A stretch of 64,000 nucleotides of DNA from Octopus bimaculoides (taxonomy: Eukaryota). Every line of letters starts with the position of its first letter. Within the stretch, counting starts at the first letter, position 1. The notes beneath the pieces are model-generated. The model ran no database searches. It was not told the DNA's origin and saw only the letters and a list, made by a program, of their open reading frames with translations. The translations under genes were made by a program, and so were the position numbers. Location: the NCBI RefSeq assembly GCF_001194135.2, contig NC_068982.1, positions 15,071,335 to 15,135,334 on the forward strand, written 5' to 3'. Positions 55,136 to 64,000 of this stretch are shown here, in pieces.

Positions 55136-58100
55136 GTGTGTATATGTTTGTGTGTCTGTGTTTGTCCCCCCAACATCGCTTAACAACCGATGGTGGTGTG
55201 TTTACATCCCCGTAACTTAGCGATTCGGCAAAAAGAGACCGATAGAATAANNNNNNNNNNNNNNNNNNNNNNNNNNNNNNNNNNNNNNNNNNNNNNNNNN
55301 NNNNNNNNNNNNNNNNNNNNNNNNNNNNNNNNNNNNNNNNNNNNNNNNNNNNNNNNNNNNNNNNNNNNNNNNNNNNNNNNNNNNNNNNNNNNNNNNNNNN
55401 NNNNNNNNNNNNNNNNNNNNNNNNNNNNNNNNNNNNNNNNNNNNNNNNNNNNNNNNNNNNNNNNNNNNNNNNNNNNNNNNNNNNNNNNGTTAAAATTTAT
55501 AAGTAATAAATTGGTTCTGACTGGTTCCCATGCTGGTGGCACATAAAAAATCACCATTCAAGCATGGTCGATGCCAGTGCCGCCTGACTAGCCCCCATGC
55601 TGGGGGCACGTAAGAAAGAGCATCCAGCTGTAGAAACCTTGCCAGAACATATTGGAGTCTGGTGCAGTCACCTGGCTTGCCAATCCTCAGTCAAACCATC
55701 CAACCCATGCCAGCATGGAGAGCGGATGTTAAACAATGATAATGATGAATACACAAAATATCATCATCATCGTTTAACGTCCACTTTCCATGCTAGCATG
55801 GGTTGAACGATTTGACTGAGGACTGGCGAACCAGATGGCTACACCAGGCTCCAATCTGATCTGGCAGAGTTTCTACAGCTGGATGCGCTTCCTAACGCCA
55901 ACCACCTCGAGAGTGTGGTGGGTGCTTTTACATGTCACCGGCATGAAGGCCAGTCAGGCAGTACTGGCAACAGCTAACAAATTTTTATACAACTCTTCAT
56001 AATATTTAATTGTAAAAATATAAGACAAATTTTTTAAACATTGAATTATTCTGAGGATCCACTTGAGTAAAATTGGAAGCAAATGGTCCATAAGTAAAAA
56101 ATGGTTAAGAACCACTTATGTAAAGGAAACCAAATGTGTTTACAAATCATGATCTAATCTTACTATTCTTTTTTCCTTTGCAGTTTGCTGTAAAAATTAC
56201 AGGTTCTTTTGATGCCCGGGAATACTTAAAACGGAAAAAGGTAATTAGACTCTTCTATAGTTCTATATTTAAGAGATGAGGAATTCATCATCATCATCAT
56301 CATCATTTAACGTCCGCTTTCCATGCTAGCATGGGTTGGACGATTTGACTGGGGACTGGCGAAGCGGATGGCTGCACCAGGCTCCAATCTGATCTGGCAG
56401 AGTTTCTACAGCTGGATGCCCTTCCTAACGCCAACCACTCCGAGAGTGTAGTGGGTGCTTTTACATGCCACCGGCACGAGGGCCAGTCCGGCAGTACTGG
56501 CAATGGCCACGCTCTATGTACATTATTTACATTTGACGGATATTTGTCCTCATCTTGTTTGTTGTTAACACAATGTTTCAGCTGATATACCTTCCAACCT
56601 TCATCAGGTGTCTTGGGGAAATTTCGAACCTGGGTTCTTGTTGTTGCTGCTGCTGCTGCTGCTCAGGTCACTACCTGAAATCGAACTTGGAATCTTGGGG
56701 TTAGTAGCCCGTGGGCCTATGGCGTAGTGGTTAAGAGCGCGGGCTACTAACCCCAAAATTCCGAGTTTGATTCCAGGCAGTGACCTGAATAATAATAATA
56801 ATAATAATAATAACAACATCATCGAAAAATACCTTAGGAATGAGAACCCAGGTTCAAAATTTCCCCAAGACACCTGATGAAGGCTGGAGGGTATATCAGC
56901 CGAAACATTGCGTTAACAACAAACAAGATGAGGACAAATATCTGTCAAATGTAAATAATGTAGACTCTTCTATTTACTTATTTTCAATTTCTTAGTATTC
57001 TTAATATACATGGTGCTGGCACAGGTGCTTTTTACGTGGCACCATTATCAATAAAGTGTCATATCCCTGCTATGAACTGACTCTGTATCACTGACTTTAT
57101 TCCTTCCCCACAAAATTTGTCAAGTCTTTGAATCTTTGTTAAAAATCAATATTCCCCAGAAGAGAGAAGAAACTAGAGAAGGGAATGTTAATGAATCAAG
57201 TCTACCCACTTAGTTCTTATTCCCAGTTGTTGTGATTTCATCTTTTTTTTTTAAATTTCCTTATGCAATTGAGCAAAGCATGAGCGTCACATCACCTCAT
57301 TTCTGTCTTCCCTGTGTATTCTGAAATCTTGTATTACGATAAGAATTCAATGTCATCACAAAGTGCTCTTAGTATTGTACTGCAAGGGAATTTCAGTTAC
57401 CTGTTGGAAAATGTTTTTTTGTACCTTTTGAGAATTACAAGAGAAGAAACAAATGTCTTTAGAAATAGCATTAATGACATAGATGCCCATTTCTGTTTTC
57501 ATCATCATCATCGTTTAACTTCCGCTTTCCATGCTAGCATGAGTTGGACGATTTGACTGAAGACTGGCAAGCCAGAAGGCTGCACCAGGCTCCAATCTGA
57601 TCTGGCAGAGTTTCTACAGCTGGATGCCCTTCCTAACGCCAACCACTCTGAGAGTGTAGTGAGTGCTTTTACATGTCACCGGCACGAGGGCCAGTCACAC
57701 GGTACTGGCAACAGCTATGCTCTAAAAGGTGTTTTTTACATGCCACCTGCACAGGAGCCAGTTCAGCGGCACTGGTAACAACCTAGCTCAAAAGATTTTC
57801 TAACATGCCACCAGCACAAGTGCTAGAAGGCAACGCTGGTAACGATTATGCTTAAATGGTGCTATTTACGGGCCACTAGCACAGAAGCCAAACAGCTGCT
57901 CTGGCAATGAACACGCTCAGACAGTGCTGTTAGTGCTTCTCTGGAGCAGGTGCCAGTCATCGAATATGGTTCAATTACGATTTCAATTTCACTTGCCCCA
58001 ACAGGTCTTCGCAAGCCAAGTTTAGTGTCCAATGAAGGAGAGGCTGGCATAGGTGCCAGTCGTTGGATTCGGTTCGATTTCGATTTCAGATTTCAAATTT

Positions 58101-59651
58101 ATAAGATTTTGTATCTCAGAAATCAACATTTTTGTAAAGTCAAATTTTTTGTCATTTCTATGTTTTTAGGCTGAGGAAATGACTGTCAAAGCTAAGAAAA
58201 AGAAGAAGCTACACTGGGGGTAAGAATTTTGCATTATTAGAAATACAATCGTTTTTAATTTAGTTATGAAGCTAGTAGCTTTGAGGGGAGGGGTTAGTTG
58301 ATACCATTGACTCCAGTAGTTGCCTGGTTTTTTATGAATGAGTGGCTGTGTGGTAAGGAGCTTGCTTACGAACCGCATGGTTCCAGGTTCATTTCCACTG
58401 CGTGGCACCTTGGGTAAGTGTCTTCAACTATAGCCTCGGGCCGACCAAAGCTTTGTGAGTGGATTTGTCATTGACGGAAACCGAAAGAGGCCCGTCGTAT
58501 GTATGTATATATATGTGTGTGTGAATATGTTTGTGTGTCTGTGTTTGTCACCACAACATCGCTTGACAACCGATGCTGGTGTGTTTACGTCCCTGTAACT
58601 TAGCGGTTTGGCAAAAGAGACTGATAGAATAAGTACTAGGCTTACAAAGAATATGTCCTGGGATCGATTTACTCGACTAAAGGCGGTGCCCCAGCATGGC
58701 CACAGTCAGATGACTGAAACAAGTAAAAGAGTAATGGCTTCAGATTTTGGCACAAGGCCCGCAATTTTGGGGGAGTGGGTAAGCGGATTACCTCAACTCC
58801 AGTGCTCAACTGATACTCAAATAATCTTTTCTACCCTAGGCACAAGACCTGAAATTTTGGGGGAGGGGGCCAGTCGATTAGATTGAGCTCAGTACGCAAC
58901 TGGTACTTTATTTATCTACCCCAAAAGGATGAAAGGCAAAGTCGACCTCTGATACTGAAATAATGAAACAAATGGAACTCTGTCAGAATTTCTAACCTCA
59001 GGTTCAAAGAATTAGAGGATAAGTAGTTAAGTATCACACAGTCCTGTGGACACTTTGCATACTCTCAGGCAGAGTCATTTGAAACAGTATGTGACAAAGC
59101 TGGGCCTTTGAATTACTGGTACAAGCCATCCTATGGGCTTCCACACACTTTCTGTCGAAAGATTGTTGGAAGCTGTTTAATATTGTTGAGTGATTCTCTG
59201 AGGCCGTGAGCTGGTGGAGCCATTGGCACAGCAGGAGAAATGCATTCTTGTATTTGGTTTACAAGATTCTTGATGTGAATTCCTACTTTGAAGCAAATCC
59301 TGTGTCTTGGGAGGGTCATTGCACCAATAACATACTCACTTGTGCAATATCACTTCTTTATTGTTAGTCAGTTGGTTAAACATCTAACCAACAAGACTAA
59401 CCAATTGTTTGTTTAACCAACACATTAAACAAATGATTGATTGGTGTGTTGATTAAATATTTGATTGATTGTCTAAAAATAAATAAGTGATATTTAACCA
59501 GGGCATGTGTTATTGGCATAATGACCCTCCTAAAACACAAGTGTTTATTTTTTTGTTTTATTCATGTCAATATGTATGTAATTTGAGTTTTTTCCTTTTC
59601 TTTTATAGATTTGAACACAAACAACGTTGGGAAATGAAAGGAAATATGTGA
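48887..59651 (+). CDS. FAM204A: FAM204A-like protein, 7 coding exons, 194 aa from the first ATG seen (N-terminus may be longer)
   Basis: join(48887-48925,53046-53133,53262-53370,54136-54334,56184-56240,58170-58219,59609-59651) = 585 nt. Motifs: DLWEKF, WNDLKQY, KSGLEKQINEAI, AETLSDKLAKRE, KKKKLHWGFEHKQRWEMKGNM*. Confidence 0.9.
49400..49770. mobile_element. Unclassified non-autonomous repeat with an internal duplication, ending in (TA)n
   Basis: The block gaaacgtatttg...aaaatatccatttttcagaaagtta occurs twice. Confidence 0.4.
50428..50625 (-). mobile_element. RTE-like reverse transcriptase N-terminal fragment
   Basis: DWCSSIIVSYYKGKGDALDRCNYKGIKLL. Confidence 0.8.
51045..51890 (+). mobile_element. 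Degenerate CR1/L2-type LINE reverse transcriptase fragment
   Basis: VIYLDFTK(A)FDKVDH..., WLHYFLQD, and YRERLKKLRLYSLEQR...IWKIMEG remnants. Confidence 0.75.
56518..56713 (-). mobile_element. 5'-truncated family E copy, inverted and abutting the full copy head-to-head
   Basis: Reverse complement matches 56740-56962 apart from an internal deletion and a (CAG)n linker. Confidence 0.8.
56567..56612 (-). ncRNA. Putative hammerhead ribozyme, CpG-decayed copy
   Basis: Reverse complement: gacac CTGATGA a ggttg gaaggtatat cagct GAAAC ATT gtgtt; helix I is intact. Confidence 0.5.
56714..56962 (+). mobile_element. Full-length tRNA-headed SINE-like element with hammerhead motif (family E)
   Basis: A box TGGCGTAGTGG at 56720-56730, B box gtttgattcc at about 56764-56774, (AAT)n linker, hammerhead core at 56869-56914. 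Confidence 0.8.
56869..56914 (+). ncRNA. Putative hammerhead ribozyme, CpG-decayed copy
   Basis: gacac CTGATGA a ggctg gagggtatat cagcc GAAAC ATT gcgtt. Confidence 0.5.
57500..58095 (-). mobile_element. Long RTE 3' UTR copy
   Basis: Reverse complement of the 34905-35547 type. Confidence 0.8.
58340..58732 (+). mobile_element. tRNA-headed CORE-like SINE (family B) with internal (TA)/(TG) microsatellite
   Basis: gtggctgtgtggtaag head and ggcaccttgggtaagtgtctt CORE-like block. Other copies at about 2669-3020+, 13830-14225-, 17890-18270+, 39545-39955+, 53395-53570+ and 54942-55250+. Confidence 0.88.
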
Positions 59652-60952
59652 CTGCTTTGTTTTTTATTCCAAGAATATCTTAAAGAATGGAATGTGATTT
59701 ATGAGTACTGAATGTACTCATAAATAGGCATGTCTTCTATCGCTGAGATGAGGAGAAAGATGACTTCATGTAAACATAATCCTATGATAAATTATTTCAG
59801 TGTTCATGAAAATCTAACTACAAGCCTTGTATAACAGCTATATAACATCATCATTATCAACTTTATATTATAGGCTGTTTGGATAACTCTGAAGATCAAC
59901 AAATTCACCTTTTCCGTTTCTTATAATTTCATGTTATAAGTTCATGTTATGCTAATGTTGAAGCTATCTTCCATCCTTTCCCTCTTCTCATCTCCCCTAC
60001 TTCGTTCTGGAATTATTCCTTACGAGATGTTTTTTTAGCAAAACATAGCAACATGTTCCCATACCGTGTCAGTTTTGTCTCTTCATGATGCTCATCAGGT
60101 TGTTTGATTAATCCAGTGACTTCACAGTAATCCCTTTTTTTTCTTTTTTCAACTTCCCTTTTGAAGACAGAGTCACAAATAAGATGCACTGAGCATCACA
60201 ATAACAACTTTTCTTCCATGTCTTATTTTAGGCCGGTTGAGTAAGTTGTTCACATTTTGCAAATCTCCAGAGTCTTGCGAGTAACATGGTAACCTCACTA
60301 GCACTGGTGCCATGAAAAAAGTTTCCTGGTGCACTCTGTGAATCAAGTAGAGGCGACACAAGGTTGAGAGAATGTTGCCTGGAGTAAGACACTTCATATA
60401 ATGCTGATGTCAGGAAAACATGTACCCATATACTGGGGAATATTTGGGGTAAATGGCACCCAGGGCTAGCATCAAAATTGCACTCCCCCCCTCCCTCACC
60501 AAAAAGTGGGTCAGTGCATGCATTTTGTGAGCTCAGGTAAAAATATCTATTCTATCTAGTAGCGTGGATGGTGATAATTATAACAAACCATGCCTGAAAA
60601 TATTAAAAAAATTTTTTTTAATGGCTTAATTAGAAAATGATCTTGGCGAAAATTATGCCCCCCTCAAAGTGGCACCCAAGGCATGTGCCCTGTTTTCCCC
60701 ACCCTAGCTACACGCCTGCCCATATACACTGTAGAGTGGTTGGTGTTAGGAAGGTCATAAAGCTACTGAGACGTTGGAGCAAAACATAGTTCTTTGGCTC
60801 ATCAGATCCTGTCAAACCATCCAATTTTTACTTGAATGGGAAACAGATATAAAATAATAATGAGGAAGTAAAAAAAACCAACATTGCAAAGCAAAGATCT
60901 TGCAGGCATTTCACATACATCTCAGTCATGTTAATACATCGGTTGTCTAGGC

Positions 60953-61230
60953 CAGGGGTTTTCAAACTTTTTGACTTGCGGACCCCTTTATATTTCAGGC
61001 TTTACCTTAGGGACCCCCTTATAAACGCTTATGAAATTTATACATAAATATTTGCTTAAAATAACATATATTTTTACATTTATTTATTTAACAGTATTTA
61101 ACAAATACGTTTATTGTCAATTAAAAGATTTCGATTAAAAAAACATATATAAAATCAAATTGCCCATAAAAAGTATTTGCTGTCCTTGCAGACCCCCTGT
61201 CGTCCGTGGACCACAGTTTGAAAACCTCTG
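60953..61230. mobile_element. hAT (Charlie-like) MITE
   Basis: TIRs caggggttttcaaact / agtttgaaaacctctg; perfect 8-bp TSD GTCTAGGC at 60945-60952 and 61231-61238. Confidence 0.92.
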
Positions 61231-61769
61231 GTCTAGGCTACGAACTGTGAGGTTTTTGAAAACCTTTTTAAAACACATTTNNNNNNNNNNNNNNNNNNNN
61301 NNNNNNNNNNNNNNNNNNNNNNNNNNNNNNNNNNNNNNNNNNNNNNNNNNNNNNNNNNNNNNNNNNNNNNNNNNNNNNNNNNNNNNNNNNNNNNNNNNNN
61401 NNNNNNNNNNNNNNNNNNNNNNNNNNNNNNNNNNNNNNNNNNNNNNNNNNNNNNNNNNNNNNNNNNNNNNNNNNNNNNNNNNNNNNNNNNNNNNNNNNNN
61501 NNNNNNNNNNNNNNNGGGTGACACATAAAAGACACCATTTCGAGCGTGGCCGTTTTCGTGCGGGTGACACATAAAAGCACCCACTACACTCTCTGAGTGG
61601 TTGGCGTTAGGAAGGGCATCCAGCTGTAGAAACTCTGCCAAATTAGATTGGAGCCTGGTGTTGCCATCCGGTTTCACCAGTCCTCAGTCAAATCGTCCAA
61701 CCCATGCTAGCATGGAAAGCGGATGTTAAACGATGATGATGATGATATATATATACACAGAATATACAC

Positions 61770-62230
61770 TAATACATACATACAAATACACACATACATA
61801 CAAATACCTGTCACTTTCTTTATTTCTTTGCCGTTCCTTATCACCCTTTCCCCCTTTAAATAGATATGTAACTATGGTTACATATGACCTCATTATAATT
61901 GGTGTAAATTGTAAATTCCCTTCCCATTTCTAACACCGTCCTTCACCAGGATAACAACAGCAAAACCAAAAAATAGTGACACATCTTTTTCAAATGCGAT
62001 CGACAAACTTTTATTCCCTACAAACTGAGTTTTTGGAAAATCTTTTTTCACACATTTACTTACTACCATATAATATACACACTCATACATATATGCGTAC
62101 AAATACACCCATACATACAGATAAACACATACATTACTTGTCACTCTTTTCCAAATACGATCGACAGTCAAACACTTATTCCCTAGAAACTGTGAGTTTC
62201 TTGAAAATGTTTTTTAAAACACATTTACTT
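61770..62230 (+). repeat. Imperfect ~170-bp tandem repeats upstream of the Helitron ORF, probably subterminal repeats
   Basis: Recurring blocks cgatcgaca...ttattcccta.aaactg.gt...acacatttacttactaccatat; a related block occurs at about 61240-61280. Confidence 0.55.
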
Positions 62231-62243
62231 ACTACCATATATA

Positions 62244-63677
62244 TATATATANNNNNNNNNNCCAACATGGCTTCATACGATACTGCTTCCAGGGCTACTG
62301 AAGGCCCGGAACAAAGGGCGACTCGCCTGATTAGAAACGCTGCTGCTAATGCTGCTGCCAGGGATTCAGAGGGCCAGGAACAAAGGGCCACTCGACTGGC
62401 TAGAAACGCTGCGGCTACTGCTGCTTCCAGGCCTTCCGAACGTTTGCAACAACGGATGACTTGCCTTCCTAGGAACGCTGTGGCTATGACTACTTCCATA
62501 GCTTCTAAAGATGCAGATGGACGGTTCATTATCATTGCAAATGTGCCTTCTGCTACTGCTGCGAGACCTTCCCATGACCAACACCAGCTACGTTCTATGT
62601 TGCAGAGTACCAACAGCCATTACTGGCACCTACAGGCTTTCAAGTATGAGCCAAACTTTAATTACTCCTTCCGCGCTGACATAAATATAAGGGAAATGTA
62701 CTTCAATTGCCAATTCTGCAATGCTAAAAAGTGGGCTGGTCAGCTTGCTCCCTCTTCTAGAACCGCCACAGCCTTTGAAGGAACTACTTGCTGCTTCTAC
62801 CTCAAGGTCTTCAAAATTCCTTCAAGTCATCAGAAATTACAATTGTGCATTTCAGATGACTTCTTTCGGGGCTAACGTTGTCACAGACAGTGGTTGGATG
62901 CCTACTTTCAAGGTCCAGGGATAGGTGTACCATCTTATTGGGTCGTTCCAGCCACTACAAAATTGCAAGCCTTCGTTCCTCCAAATTTACTTCATTTCCA
63001 ACTACAGTAAGCAACTTGATGTGCGGTTCGGCATTATTCCACCACCTGCAAACACTGACGCTGACACTTTTGTCAGGGACGTTCTACTCAGTCTGCAAAA
63101 CATGCTTCATGAGCACAACAGCTATATTCGCAGTTTCAAATACNNNNNNNNNNNNNNNNNNNNNNNNNNNNNNNNNNNNNNNNNNNNNNNNNNNNNNNNN
63201 NNNNNNNNNNNNNNNNNNNNNNNNNNNNNNNNNNNNNNNNNNNNNNNNNNNNNNNNNNNNNNNNNNNNNNNNNNNNNNNNNNNNNNNNNNNNNNNNNNNN
63301 NNNNNNNNNNNNNNNNNNNNNNNNNNNNNNNNNNNNNNNNNNNNNNNNNNNNNNNNNNNNNNNNNNNNNNNNNNNNNNNNNNNNNNNNNNNNNNNNNNNN
63401 NNNNNNNNNNNNNNNNNNNNNNNNNNNNNNNNNNNNNNNNNNNNNNNNNNNNNNNNNNNNNNNNNNNNNNNNNNNNNNNNNNNNNNNNNNNNNNNNNNNN
63501 NNNNNNNNNNNNNNNNNNNNNNNNNNNNNNNNNNNNNNNNNNNNNNNNNNNNNNNNNNNNNNNNNNNNNNNNNNNNNNNNNNNNNNNNNNNNNNNNNNNN
63601 NNNNNNNNNNNNNNNNNNNNNNNNNNNNNNNNNNNNNNNNNNNACGCTGTTATAACACTCCTTCGTGCATGAAGTAA
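62244..63677 (+). mobile_element. Helitron Rep-helicase N-terminal fragment, frameshifted and gapped
   Basis: EGPEQRATRL-type repeats, CQFC..CC zinc-like motif, then IRNYNCAFQMTSFGA, WMPTFKVQG, YHLIGS, FLQIYF. Confidence 0.88.
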
Positions 63678-64000
63678 CTATCTCTTACACGCCATTACAA
63701 TTTACATCAAATAACAAAACTTCAAAAGTCAATAAAACTAAATACATACATCCTCTCTCTCACCATTATATTTTACACCATTACATTTTACATCAAATAC
63801 AAAATATTCAAAAGTAACAGGTCATTTTACACAACATCTCCATGACAGAGGTGTTGGCGATTCATCTATTCAGCACCACTACACTCTTGCCGGTCTTGCA
63901 TATGGTGAGTAGATGCTATTGTTGTATATTTTCAAACTTACCCGTATTTACTTACCCATGATTCATCCCCCTCTTTCCTCCATAGGGCATCTGTTCTGTT

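Noticed and set aside
56714-56785. Possible tRNA gene
   Set aside because: No proper acceptor stem, and it continues into a repeated element body, so it is a SINE head

Overview
AT-rich, repeat-dense animal genomic DNA with several N gaps. The repeat landscape looks like a coleoid cephalopod, probably Octopus (inference from recalled repeat families, not a database hit). Three complete spliced genes were reconstructed by eye. DIMT1 (+, 12 exons, 3350-21380, 306 aa) converges with WDR54 (-, 9 exons, 48325-27625, 332 aa), and WDR54 is head-to-head with FAM204A (+, 7 coding exons, 48887-59651, at least 194 aa). Introns hold RTE-LINE 3' ends with (GAT)n tails and an internal VNTR, several tRNA-headed SINE families, hAT, Tc1 and piggyBac-like MITEs, Helentron-like elements and two Helitron fragments. 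Best leads: (1) a tRNA-headed short element carrying a minimal type I hammerhead ribozyme of the Penelope-like kind, with three copies, two of them as a head-to-head palindrome; (2) DIMT1 encodes Asn (AAC) at the conserved SAM-binding Asp, and an inverted copy of that exon segment lies in intron 2, which could support restorative A-to-I recoding; (3) partial exon-plus-donor duplications in both DIMT1 and WDR54. Repeat boundaries are approximate and were read by eye.
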